Below, piece by piece: positions 26,584 to 40,059 of a stretch of 64,000 nt of DNA. This DNA is from Macrostomum lignano (taxonomy: Eukaryota). Each line of letters begins with the position of its first letter. The stretch's first letter is position 1. The position numbers were made by a program, and so were the translations under genes. The notes beneath the pieces are model-generated. The model was not told where the DNA came from. It was given only the letters and a program-made list of their open reading frames with translations, and did not search any database. Location: NCBI GenBank assembly GCA_002269645.1, contig NIVC01000843.1, forward strand, positions 124,001-188,000, given 5' to 3'.

Positions 26584-29500
26584 TTAGGCTTTGCCGTTAA
26601 GTCCAGCGCCGCCGCCGCCGCCGCCGCCGCCACTGCCGCCGCTACTCATCTCAATGAAGTCGGCAGTTTTGTTGAGAAATGTAGCCGCCTCTCGCAAGCT
26701 GCGCGACATTCGACGAAGCTGCGAAGTTGAGGCGGTTTTTTGGGTAGCGTTTGGTAATTAATTAGAATTGGGGATGCCTGTTACTCCTAGACATCAGATT
26801 TTACATGTTAGAAATGGGTGTTTACCTGTTAGATAAGATATCCTACCCGTTAGATAAGATATCCTACCTGTTAGATAAGATATCCTACCTGTTAGATAAG
26901 ATATCCTACCTGTTAGATAAGATATCCTACCTGTTAGATAAGATATTCCTACCTGTTAGATAAGATATCCTACCTGTTAGATAAGATATCCTACCTGTTA
27001 GATATGATATTCTACCTGTCAAATAAGTTATCCTACCTGTTAGATATGATATTCTACCTGTTAGATAAGATATTTTCCTGTTAGATATGAGAGTTTTCCT
27101 GCTCGACTACTGTACAGGAAAAGATAGACAGGAAAGATTTGTTAGACAGAAACTTGAAGTCATTTTAGTTACCGAGACTAGCTACATGTTAGATACTAAA
27201 GTGACATTTTAGACACGCCAGTGACACGTTAAAAACACTAGTGACATGTTAGATACGCCAGTGACATGTTAAACACTCCAGTGACATATTAGACACATCA
27301 TTGGCATGTTGTTAGACACGCCAGTGACATGTTAGACACGCCAGTGACATGATCGACACGCCAGTGACATGTTAGACACGCCAATGACATGTTAGACATG
27401 CCAATGGCATGTTAGACACGCCAATGGCCTGTTAGACACACCAAAGGCATGTTAGACACGCCAGTGACATGTTAGACACGCCAATGGCATGTTAGACACG
27501 CCAGTGACATGTTAGACACGCCAGTGACATGTTAGACACGCCAGTGACATGTTAGACATGCCAGTGACATGTTAGACACACGAATGGCATGTTAAACACA
27601 CCAGTGACATGTTAGACACGCCAGTGGCATGTTAGACACGCCAGTGACATGTTAGACACGCCAGTGACATGTTAGACACACCAATGACATGTTAGACACG
27701 CTAGTGACATGTTAGACACGCCAGTGACATGTTAGACACGCCAGTGACATGTTAGACACACCAATGACATGTTAGACACGCTAGTGACATGTTAGACACG
27801 CCAGTGACATGTTAGACACGCCAGTGACATGTTAGACATGCCAGTGACATGTTAGACACACCAATGACATGTTAGACACGCCAGTGACATGTTAGACACG
27901 CCAATGGCATGTTAGACACACCAATGACATGTTAGACACGCTAGTGACATGTTAGACACGCCAGTGACATGTTAGACACATTGTGATATTGAACAATGAA
28001 GCTAGAGCATGGATGTCCGAACTATTCGGACACTCACAGCGCCATCCTTGTCCTCAGCAATCTGGTGCCCCATCTGCGCCCTGAACAGAGCTTCGAACGA
28101 CTGCCAGTCAAGCTCGGCAGGTCTCTCGCCACGAGAGCTGGCGGTGCTTGCAGAGGCGGCGGCAGCGGCAGCAGCGGCGGTGGCAACATTGGGGATCGAA
28201 GCCGCCGTCTGCGGGACCAGCTGCGGCGGCGGCAGCGCCTGCGGCAGCGGAGGTTGCGCCGACTGAGCCGGTCGCAGCACCTGCGGAGCGAAGCACCTCA
28301 GCGGCAGGAATGGCGAGGCCAGGGCGGCGGCGAGGCCGGGAGGAAAGGCGAACGGAGGCCCGGTGGCTGATGTCGCCAGAGGAAACTGGGCGGCGGCTGC
28401 CGCGGCGGCTACGGCTGCTGCCGCCTGCTGCTGCTGTCCGTTGGAGACGGACGGCAGAGTGGCGCCGGTCGTTTGGCTCAGCTGAGCAGCGAGAACGGCC
28501 TGATGAGGAATGGCTGCGGTTTGTGGTTGAGCACCTGGCTTCTGTTGCTGCTGCTGCTGCTGCTGCTGCGGTTGCTGCTTGGCTGCAGGCCTGACTCGCT
28601 GCGCCTGCGGCTGTTGAGACTGAGGCATCTGCGGCTCGAACAGCTTGGTCTTGACCACGGCCGGCTGTGGCGACAGTTGCGGCGGCTCGGCTGATGGAGA
28701 CGACTGAGACTGCCGCTTGGCTGGAGTCGGACCGGAGTCGTTCGACGCGGCGCCACAGCCTCGCGCCTGCAGCTCGCGCTCGCTGCTGAGCGCCCGTTCG
28801 AGTATGCCCTCGGCGGTGGCGGAGGTCAGGTGCGACGGGGTTGTGCGCGGCTGCGGATTTGCGGATGGGGGTAGCCTTGATTATTTTGACCAGCGTACTG
28901 AAGGCAAGCAGAGTTACCTGTACCTGAGTGAGTTTCTTCAACACCCATCTCATAGCTACCTGTACCTGAGTGAGTTTCTTCAACACCCATCTCATAGCTA
29001 CCTGTACCTGAGTGAGTTTCTTCAACACCCATCTCATAGCTACCTGTACCTGAGTGAGTTTCTTCAACACCCATCTCATAGCTACCTGTACCTGAGTGAG
29101 TTTCTTCAACACCCATCTCATAGCTACCTGTACCTGAGTGAGTTTCTTCAACACCCATCTCATAGCTACCTGTACCTGAGTGAGTTTCTTCAACACCCAT
29201 CTCATAGCTACCTGTACCTGAGTGAGTTTCTTCAACACCCATCTCATAGCTACCTGTACCTGAGTGAGTTTCTTCAACACCCATCTCATAGCTACCTGTA
29301 CCTGAGTGAGTTTCTTCAACACCCATCTCATAGCTACCTGTACCTGAGTGAGTTTCTTCAACACCCATCTCATAGCTACCTGTACCTGAGTGAGTTTCTT
29401 CAACACCCATCTCATAGCTACCTGTACCTGAGTGAGTTTCTTCAACACCCATCTCATAGCTACCTGTACCTGAGTGAGTTTCTTCAACACCCATCTCATA

Positions 29501-32203
29501 GCTACCTGTACCTGAGTGAGTTTCTTCAACACCCATCTCATAGCTACCTGTACCTGAGTGAGTTTCTTCAACACCCATCTCATAGCTACCTGTACCCGAG
29601 TGAGTTTCTTCAACACCCAATCTCAAAGCTACCTGTACCCGAGTGAGTTTCTTCAACATCCAAAGCAAAGCAACATCTCACAGAACCCTAACTCCCGAAA
29701 CACCCTCTCACAGATGTAATTTCTTCTAATACAGTTCCATACTTTCAACATAATGAGCAGGTGATTTTATAAGCCCGAATCATTGCTCAATCACTCCCTA
29801 TATAAGGTGGCGAGCGTCAGGAGGCCGGGAAAGAAGGCTTTTGAGCAACGCGACACCCCCCCCCCACCTAGGATTCGGCAAGCGGCCCCTCTAGCGAGGC
29901 TCAGCTGAGATTAGCGGACCTCAGGGTTCAGGCATTTCCTGTTTTCCTTTACATAAGAAAATAAAGCATTTTCGCACCTGCAGATGTGGCCAATGATCAG
30001 CACCTCTTCTTTGGCAAAAATTTGCTTCCAAATGAAAAAATATAAAACCGAAAATTGCTCGCAGTAAAAAGCCGAAAAAGCAACGTAAATCGGCGCAATT
30101 TTCTCCACCCTCGATCAGACGGCAGGTGTCGCTCTGCGGACCCCATTTTGTTTGGGAAAGCGTGTGCCAAGGGTAGGCTATTTGATCCTAGGTGCGCCAA
30201 GGGTAGTCTATCTGATCCTGTTACTCGCCCCTGCCAGCAAAATAACTAGCATAATTCCTACCGGCTTGACTGTGCTCTCTGCCGGAAGTCCGCCGTGTTT
30301 CCTGCCGTTTCGTCGGCACGCTTTTAAGTAGGTGCGAACCCGTTTCCTGGCCCGATCGAACAGCTCGGGGAATTGTCTCTCACACGCGTCCAGTATGCCG
30401 TTGAGCTTGTCCTTGGGCTGCTTGGAAATTGGGACCATTCGGTCCATGTTCTCGTCGACGAAAAATCTGACGAATAGCTGCAGTGTGAGAGTAAAAATAG
30501 GAACACTTAGATGGTGCTCGGTGACTTGGATGGTGTTCTGCGACTTGGATGGTGTTCTGTGACTTGGATGGTGTTCTGTGACTTGGATGGTGTTCCGTGA
30601 ACTGGATGGTGTTCTGTGACTTGGATGGCGTTCTGTGACTTGGATGGCGTTTTATGACTTGGATGGTGTTCTGTGACTTGGATGGTGTTCTGTGACTTGG
30701 ATGATGTTCTGTGACTTGGATGGTGTTCTGTGAATTGGATGTTGTTCCGTGAACTGGATGGTGTTCTGTGACTTGGATGTCGTTCTGTGACTTGGATGGC
30801 GTTCTGTGACTTGGATGGCGTTTTATGACTTGGATGGTGTTCTGTGACTTGGATGGTGTTCTGTGACTTGGATGATGTTCTGTGACTTGGATGGTGTTCT
30901 GTGAATTGGATGTTGTTCCGTGAACTGGATGGTGTTCTGTGACTTGGATGTCGTTCTGTGACTTGGATGGCGTTTTATGACTTGGATGGTGTTCTGTGAC
31001 TTGGATGGTGTTCTGTGACTTGGATGGTGTTCTGCGACTTGGATGGTGCTCGGTGACTTGGATGGTGTTCTGCGACTTGGATGGTGTTCTGTGACTTGGA
31101 TGGTGTTCTGTGACTTGGATGGTGTTCCGTGAACTGGATGGTGTTCTGTGACTTGGATGGCGTTCTGTAACTTGGATGGCGTTCTATGACTTGGATGGTG
31201 TTCTGTGACTTGGATGGTGTTCTGTGACTTGGATGGTGCCCTGTGACTTGGATGGTGTTCTGTGACTTGGGATGGTGGTGTTTTGTGACTTGAAAAGTGT
31301 TCTGTGAACTTAGTCAAGTCAAAGGTGTCTGTAATCGCAAGCATCTGTTGGACTCACATTGAACGCTTTCACTCGCTCGTCGTCCAAGACCGAAGCGCTT
31401 TCAACGCTACCGCGCGGCTCCTCCTCGACATCGTCCTCCTCTTCTTCTTCCTCCTCTTCTTCTTCTCCCTCTTCGGGATCTTCTTCCTTAACTGCTGGCT
31501 GGGCGTTCTTGCTCTCGGCTGCGCCGTTTGACGACTGGAAATTGAGACGAAAATTGCGTTGGGAAGATTACGAAGAGCCACGAAGAAATTACCCACTGTA
31601 CGTAAAATTCAAAAGGCATTAAAACGCTCCTAATTGTGCCAAATCGGGTCCGGATGTCACGGGGTGCTCAAATCGGGTCAGGGTGTCTCGGAGTGGTCAA
31701 ATCGGGTCAGGGTGTCACGGAGTGGTAAAACCGGGTCAGGGTGTCACGGGATGCTCAAATCGGGTCAGGGTGTCACTGGTGCTCAAATCGGGTCAGACGA
31801 AACTCACCGTAACATTCGCACCTTCGGCCTCCTCAGCCTCATTTTTTTCGTCGTCTCGATCTGAGCAGCGTCGTTTTCTCTGACGCGTTGCTTCGTCGAC
31901 GTCAGCGCCGGAGCGGCTGAGATCCAGCACCGAAGACGCAGCCACCTGACTCGACTGCTCTTCCTCTCTGTTGTCGGCATTCTGCTCGGCTTTCTCCTCT
32001 TCAATTGCAGCTTCAGCAGATTCTTTAGCCGTCTCGAAGAGAATTTTGTCCAGCGAACTCTCTTTAGTTGGGGCTGCCGAGTCGGCTGTTGAAGTGGCGG
32101 CTGCGGCAGCGGCAGCGGCGGCGGCGGCAGCAGCGGCTGCGTTTCTAGTCCGACAGCGGGCCTGCGTCCGAGTTGCGGCGGCCAGCGAGGAGACGCTTCG
32201 CAT
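26584..32203 (-). CDS. nol4: Nucleolar protein 4 / NOL4L-like protein: join(31808..32203,31358..31534,30262..30477,28038..28850,26584..26718); the first exon may extend to an acceptor at 32223
   Basis: DERVKAFN|[56 protein letters not shown] matches the conserved NOL4 core. [13 protein letters not shown] and the C-terminal [16 protein letters not shown] match NOL4 motifs. All junctions are phase 0 GT..AG. The start codon is uncertain. Confidence 0.85.
26815..27980. repeat. Two GTTAGA-core minisatellites (22 bp CTACCTGTTAGATAAGATATC at 26815-27100; 20 bp GTTAGACACGCCAGTGACAT at 27215-27980)
   Basis: Visible tandem copies in the last NOL4 intron. Confidence 0.93.
28912..29660. repeat. 42-bp near-perfect minisatellite AGCTACCTGTACCTGAGTGAGTTTCTTCAACACCCATCTCAT
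   Basis: ~17 copies; 14-aa ORF periodicity; intronic. Confidence 0.97.
30507..31305. repeat. 19-bp minisatellite GACTTGGATGGTGTTCTGT
   Basis: Visible; fills the NOL4 intron. Confidence 0.95.
31640..31797. repeat. ~29-bp tandem repeat AAATCGGGTCAGGGTGTCACGG
   Basis: ~5 copies abutting the donor at 31807. Confidence 0.8.
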
Positions 32204-32242
32204 GGTTGACTCGGTCGGCGATTCTTTGCAACAAGAAGAAAT

Positions 32243-32470
32243 TCCTCAGCGGGCTAGAAGGGCCTGTCTTAATGTTATATAGCTACCCCTCAGCGGGCTA
32301 GAAGGGCCTGTCTTAATGTTATATAGCTACCCCTCAGCGGGCTAGAAGGGCCTGTCTTAATGTTATATAGCTACCCCTCAGCGGGCTAGAAGGGCCTGTC
32401 TTAATGTTATATAGCTACCCCTCAGCGGGCTAGAAGGGCCTGTCTTAATGTTATATAGCTACCCCTCAGC
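32243..32470. repeat. 44-bp perfect tandem repeat (5 copies)
   Basis: CCTCAGCGGGCTAGAAGGGCCTGTCTTAATGTTATATAGCTACC. Confidence 0.95.
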
Positions 32471-33640
32471 GCGGTCCTAGGGCTGGTGGGCCGATGCGCT
32501 CTGGCGTTTGCCTGGAAAAATGAGGAGCAGCAGCTACAGTAAAGGGGAGGGGCAGAAGGGATTTGGAGCCAGTTGGAGGGGGGGGGTGCAGAGAGTGGGA
32601 GAGGGAGGCCCAGCCGGTTAGGGTGGCGCCCCTCCTTTCTCCCAGCCCCGCGCGTCCCGCCTCTGTCGGTCGCTTTTTCTTGCGTCTCTCCCCAGCCCCT
32701 CCCGCAGACCCTCCTGCCTCTGGCGGGGGGCACCCCGGATTCGCTCTCGAGTGTGTCGCTCCCTCTCCCCTAACTACCCCCTGCCTCTCCCGCCTTGCTA
32801 CCTCGCTGGCAGGGCTACGCACCCCCTCATTCTATCCGCAAGCCTGCCCGACACTCCAGAGGGGAGGGGGGGTAAGAGAGGAAGAGACGCTCAGGGGGGC
32901 CAGTTGGTCCCACCCACAATACTATTGCTGAAGGCAGGCCGCGGCTGGGGGCGCCTTGGGCTGCCCTTACTTCCTCTTTCTCTCTCTTTCTCTGGCTGCC
33001 GACTCCCAATGTCGCCTAAATCCTCATCGACACACACACACGATCCCCCCTACTCATGCCTCCTCTCCCACGGCACGGCTAAAGAGAGAGAGAATGAAGG
33101 GTTTGAAGGGGAAGTAGAGGCATAGGAACCATCGGAGGGACACACGGGCAACTCCGAACCCCCCCCCCCCCCCCCTAGCTACTAGCTAGGCGGCCGCCGC
33201 GTCCCTATCGCCGAGGCACCCGGGGCCTGCAGCTCCACCCACCTCTCTTCTTGGCTGTCCCCATCTCCCTGAAATCTCGGCTGGCTCTGTGGCTGACTCC
33301 CACTTTTTTGTATCCCCGGTCTACGCTACGGTTGCCTGATGGAGAGGCTGAATTACCAGCGGGGAGGCGCACCCTCTTCTCTGGCCTCTCAATCTTCCAA
33401 ACCTAGTAAACTAACGAAACTGCCCCCACCCCCATATTCCTCTTGACATCGCCTCTCCCATACTCGATTTTCGCATACAAACTCCTACATGAGCTACTAT
33501 ACGACATCCTCTAGTCTGTATTGGGAGTTGAAAAGTGCCAGGTGTGTAGTGAGTTGTGTTAAAGCTGGCAAAACGTGTCAGGCTCTTATACAAGAGAATA
33601 TACTATTAACGCCAGATTTAAAATTGTGTGTGACAGGTGT

Positions 33641-34535
<895 letters not shown>

Positions 34536-35090
34536 AACGGCAAGAAAGCCAAACAAAGGCAGGAAGGGATCGCGGCCGCCTCTGACCCCACACGGATTAC
34601 CCAAGGCTCCTCACACTCGTTTTCCTCTCTCTGTTGGTTAGGGGGTGGCAGAGTCGTCCTCGCCCTACCTCCATTATTTCTCAGCGCGAACCCCCTCTCG
34701 CCGGTTAGAAGGCGGGGAAAGGGGAACAGGGGCTGAGAGAAAAAGAGGAAGGGACCAAAAAAGGGGAGGAAAGAGGAGAAAACGGCGCGCTGCCTTTGAG
34801 GCCGGATGAGGCAGGCTAGAGGGGGATGGGTCGCAAGAGTCAGTCGCACGCGGGCAGGGGGTAGGAGGAGAAAGGCTTGAGCATTTCGCTTTCCCACCAG
34901 CAGCGGGGGCCGGCAGGGTAAGGCAGGGGTGCCGGACTAGGGAAAAGGCTGCATGGATCCTGGCGGCTGGGTTTAAGTAAGTCGAGTCGACTCGATATTG
35001 GAAGAAAAGTTGTGGAGGCTGAGCCAACTGCATCGATGTTGTCCCAAAGTTGGGTTCTTGTTGCTCTTCTGAGTGCTGTGGGAAGTTTGC

Positions 35091-35296
35091 TGAAGGATGC
35101 TAGCTGAAGGTTGCTAGCTGAAGGTTGCTAGCTGAAGGTTGCTAGCTGAAGGATGCAAGCTGAAGGTTGCAAGCTGAAGGTTGCTAGCTGAAGTTTGCTA
35201 GCTGAAGGTCACTAGCTGAAGGTCACTAGCTGAAGGTCACTAGCTGAAGGTCACTAGCTTAAGGTCACTAGCTGAAGGTCACTAGCTGAAGGTCAC
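35091..35296. repeat. 14-bp minisatellite GCTGAAGGTTGCTA
   Basis: Visible. Confidence 0.9.
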
Positions 35297-35803
35297 TTTA
35301 TAAAGCCGATTAGTGACTGGGAGACTGTTTATAAAGTAAAGGACTTATTTATTACTAGTGGTCCTTGGCTAAAGTTTGTTCTGTTTGACTTTCAACTATC
35401 AGCCTGGAATGTACTCTCAGCTCATTTTCAAGATCAAAGGAATTTGTATTAAAAAATACGGACGTTTTGGATTGACTTTGTATTTAATAGCTTGTCATAA
35501 AAACAAAAACTCTATCAAAACTAGCGTAGGCGAGCATTTCTAGGATAAACACTCAACGCATTGTATAAGTATCGTTTAAAAGACAAGCGATACTAATACT
35601 AAGTAGTAAGACGTAAGAGTCATGGCAGACAAAATTATCAGGAGCATTTTTAAATTGAAAAAGGCTGCTTAAATATAGCTGACTGAGGAATATAAATAAA
35701 GAATTCGCTCTTGGCACTGGGCATGAATTAAAAGAAAAAAAACAACAACAAAAGAAAAACAGATATTTTTTTAATATTTTTAATATTTTTTCACTTCCTG
35801 ACT

Positions 35804-36283
35804 AGGACCACTGTAGTATAACAGAACGTGAAATTCATAGATCGCATATTTTTTAGACGCCAGTTTCCTAGAAGAAAAGCACTGCGGAGATGAAAAAAAA
35901 ATTTCAAAGCATGGATATTTAAATTTAGCAATATTTTGTAAAGCCCTTTCATAAGTCGAAGCCAAAGTTCTAAATACTCATAAGTGAAATTTATATTTTT
36001 GCTTCTTTCAGTACATAGAAATATAAAATCTAATAGAGTAACATGCTGTGCATGCTAAATTAAAGAAATGGTAATCTTCACCGTCCCAGATCGAATACGA
36101 TTATTGATTTTGTGAAGAAAAAATATTCACTAAATATTTTCGTTTAAAAGACAGGCGATACTCTAGTTGTCTTTTAAACGATTTTTTTCTTACCCCCGCA
36201 AGTGATTTCTTCCCGGGAAATTGGCCTCTAAAAATACACGATCTCTGAGTTTTACGTGCTGTTTGTTATACTACAGTGGTCCT
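35804..36283. mobile_element. Non-autonomous DNA transposon (MITE) with perfect 20-bp TIRs
   Basis: AGGACCACTGTAGTATAACA at 35804-35823 and its exact reverse complement at 36264-36283; AT-rich non-coding interior; related termini near 35358 and 60288-60325; no clear TSD seen. Confidence 0.65.
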
Positions 36284-36662
36284 TGCTTCCGAGTTCCGAA
36301 TTAACCAAATGTGCTTGGTCGAAGTTTATCCAACTATTTTCTTCACGCAATGGTACCGGAAATTGCAGCAGGCAAATTTCTTGCAAAATTTCTGTTGTTC
36401 CTGTCTCTTTTAAGTTTTTTCTCGATTTAATTAGTCTATAGCAAAACTCCATAATTATTTAATAACAATAAATACATGAGTGAATAAATAAACAATAAAT
36501 AATGTGGTTAAAAGTCTATGGTAAAAACCTCCTTTTGATGCTACGTACTCTATGAAAAACGGATGAATCCGATATTTAGAAAGTGCGCAGTACTTTTGTT
36601 TGCTTCTAATCTTCAGGGGAACTTCTTTTACGTCCAACCAGTACCTGTGATCATTGAGTTCT

Positions 36663-39520
36663 CTATTTGGCATCATTCGGATTGAGTGACACTCGTTTAG
36701 TAAGTCTTCCTTGCTTGTCAACCACCGAATGATAGAACACGTTCCTTCTCTGTCCGGGAATTTTCTTCCCGCAAATAATGCGATTTACGTCCAGCACCAT
36801 GCCCTCCAGATCCTCGGTTTCGTACTGATCGCCAATGACGTCGCACAGAGTCTGAATGAACACCGAGCCTTCGTCTGGGTGCCTGTAAGCCGGCGAATCT
36901 TCCGTGTTGGCAAAGCAGATCAGAAAGTCGCTTTCGTTGGGCACAAAGTTTGCGTTCTTGACCGGCACCTCGCCGTCCGTCTCAAACTCGGTCGCCTTTT
37001 TGGCAGGTTGCAGTCGTCGCGACTCCATCGTTGGCTGAGCAACCTGCTCGACGTTACCGCGACAGGCTTGTATGAAGAACAACTTCGGCTTGCCGTCCAA
37101 GCCTTTGCAGATGTTTGGCTTGAACAGTGAGATCAGATCCTTGATCTGATGGAACTGACCATCTCGACCGTAGATGGCGCCCTTCGTGCCGTGAGCCATC
37201 AGGAAGCAGATAAAGGTCCCGTAGTCCGAATGATCAAACTTGGCGATGCGCGACATCTCATGGAAAATTTGCGGAGCAGTCAAGTCGCGTTTCACCGTCA
37301 CTTTGAAGTGCAACGAAGTGAAGAGCGATTCGACTCGCTCCACATCGAGTTCCGAACCGGTGCGGTTGGTGAAATGCGATCCCGGATCGTAGTGCTCGAT
37401 GCTGATTATCAGGCAGTGACCTTGCGGATCTTTGACCGGGTAGTGGCGGAAAGATCTGCCACTGAAAGTTCAGGTGAGTCAGTCTAGGTTCAGGTGGGTC
37501 AAACTGGCTTCAGGTGAGTCAAACTGGGTTCAGGTGAGTCAAACTGGCTTCAGGTGAGTCAGACTGGGTTCAGGTGAGTCAAACTGGGTTCAGGTGAGTC
37601 AAACTGGGTTCAGGTGAGTCAAACTGGGTCCAGGTGAGTCAAACTAGGTTCAGGTGAGTCAAACTGGCTTCAGGTGAGTCAATAATAAAAACCAGAATCA
37701 CTCTACAAGCAAACTGTTGCACTTACACTGGAAGTGACCGATTCATAAAACTGGTTGACGACCGGTACATTTCGGGTCGCTTCAAAGTTCTATAGATTTA
37801 AAAAATGGACAAATGATAGCTGAGAAATAAACAATAGAACGTTTTTATACATTAAAAATTATTGAGGTCAACTGCTCACCCCACAGGTGCCGCTGATTTT
37901 TGTCTCACGAAGTTTCTTTTGGCACTGCTGGCTCTGGATCGATTGCTCTCACTGTGGTCTTCTTCTTCTACTAGGTCATCGTCAGTATCGACGCTATTGT
38001 TATACGAGGGCAAAAAGTTGCGCAAACAGGTAAAACCTTTTGATCGTTTAGTAGCATTAAAGTAGCATTTTGATTTAAATTTTAAAAGTTACTGGTCCTC
38101 ACTGTACCAGTCTCTTCCTGTCTGTTGAGAATTCCTGCGTTTCAATGGAGATTAAAGTTGAAGTTTCTTGTCTCCGCTCTCCTGTCTCCCTCTCTTATCT
38201 CCCCTCTCTTGTCTCCCTCTCTTATCTCCCTCTCTTATCTCCCATCTCATGTCTCCCTCTCTTATCTCCCCTCTCTTGTCTCCCTCTCTTGTCTCCCTCT
38301 CTTATCTCCCATCTCATGTCTCCCCCTCTTATCTCCCCTCTCTTATCTCCCTCTCTTATCTCCTATCTCATGTCTCCCTCTCTTATCTCCCCTCTCTTAT
38401 CTCCCTCTCTTATCTCCCATCTCATGTCTCCCTCTCTTATCTCCCATCTCATGTCTCCCTCTCTTATCTCCCTCTCTTATCTCCCCTCTCTTGTCTCCCT
38501 CTCTTATCTCCCTCTCTTATCTCCCATCTCATGTCTCCCTCTCTTATCTCCCATCTCTTATCTCCCTCTCTTATCTCCCATCTCATGTCTCCCTCTCTTA
38601 TCTCCCTCTCTTATCTCCCCTCTCTTGTCTCCCTCTCTTATCTCCCTCTCTTATCTCCCATCTCATGTCTCCCTCTCATATCTCCCCTCTCTTGCCCCCC
38701 ATCTCATGTCTCCCTCTCTTGTCTCCCCTCTCTTGTCTCCCTATTTACCATACATGTATCTCCCTCACCTCTCCCCTATGTCTGTTAGCCCTCTCTGAAC
38801 TCCCTCTCGAGCTCACCAGTCAGCCAGCAGTCGCACAACATCGCCGTGCTCGTACATCTCAGCCAGCGACGCCGCCGTATCGCCGTCCTTATCCTCGACG
38901 CCGGGATCGCAGCCGAGCCGCAGCAGCTCCCTGGCCGACCGCAGGTGTCCCCGCCAGCTCGCCAACATCAGCGGCGTCAGTCCGCGCTTGTCAGTGGCGT
39001 CCAGCCGGGCCCCGGCGTCAGCCAGCAGCTTCAGCACCGGCAGGTTGTCGGACTCGGCCGACCAGTGCAACGCCGACACTCCGTCGGGGTCTTTGACGTT
39101 GGCGTCAGCGCCGAGCTGGAGCAGCAGGCTGGCGCAGTCCTTGTGACCGGGGTTCGGTCCGGATTCGCCGCCCCAGGCAGCCCGCAGCAGCGGGGTCTGG
39201 CCCCACCGATCGCGCCTGTTCACATTGCCTCTGTTGGCCAGCAGTTGTAGTCGACGAATGTCGCCCATGAGAGCCAAGTTGCTGAGCTTGTCAGCGGGCT
39301 GTTTAGATTTTTAACAATAATATAGTTTGTGTGTAATTAGCTTTGCTAAATGTTTGCTGGTCTGGAGTCTGGGTAAGATCGTAAATTAATAGTGAGGTAG
39401 ATGGTTTATTGTTTATGAGATCATCGCACAACCAGAGCTGACGGCAATTCAATCGATGCCTTAATTAGGACTAAATACGATTGATTTGCACAGTCTGAAA
39501 CTCACCGTCATTGAGTCCAT
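36663..39520 (-). CDS. Ankyrin-repeat/caspase fusion protein, copy 1 (490 aa): join(39506..39520,38817..39298,37880..37993,37727..37789,36663..37461)
   Basis: MDSMT|ANK exon (4 full + 1 partial repeat; GQTPLLRAA, GVSALHWSA, GLTPLMLAS)|acidic linker exons|caspase p20/p10 with NRTGS, LMAHG, QACRG, AYR..GSVFIQ. All four junctions are GT..AG and phase-compatible (0,2,2,2). Confidence 0.85.
37469..37681. repeat. 20-bp minisatellite CAGGTGAGTCAAACTGGGTT
   Basis: Fills the intron immediately upstream of the caspase exon of copy 1. Confidence 0.92.
38165..38770. repeat. CT-rich degenerate minisatellite in the post-ANK intron of copy 1
   Basis: TCTCCCTCTCTTATCTCCC-type units; homologous array at 46320-46860. 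Confidence 0.9.
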
Positions 39521-40059
39521 GGCATGACCAGATAAGTAGAACTGAGCTATTTTTACGCTGTACTCAAAAAATACTTCACTCTGTCTTTTATCATTTATCT
39601 TTTTTAAAATATTATTTGAACTACCTAGTATAACAAAGCAACAATAGTGCAGTTTGTGCTCAAACCAACTCAAAAATTTAGCCTGCTATTCAAAGCTCTC
39701 AGACGCCTTTTAAAAACTCTTAATAGATAAAACCACTAACCCACAAGTACAATGGCGGCTTAAAATAATGCCATTAAAATGCTTCAAGCTGTAGATAGAG
39801 ATAGAAAGTGTGTCTCTTGGCTGCGCCATTGTGCATTGCAGCTCTGATCGGTGTAGACTGTAGTGAGAGCCCCGTGCGTAAAACAGCTCAAGTCCGTGAG
39901 TTTTGTCATAATTGTGTCCGGATCCGCCATTCAATTTCTATAGTTTTACTTAAATGAAATAAATTTACTTAGAAAGACAAAATTTGACCACCTAACAGCG
40001 AAGCGGATATCCAGTACATTCAAGGACATTTTAGGAGGCGCTATTTCATCTAGAGAGGC

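Noticed and set aside
28108-29668. ORFs of 502, 309 and 280 aa spanning the 42-bp array
   Set aside because: The true NOL4 frame begins at the acceptor at 28850; the rest is intronic repeat
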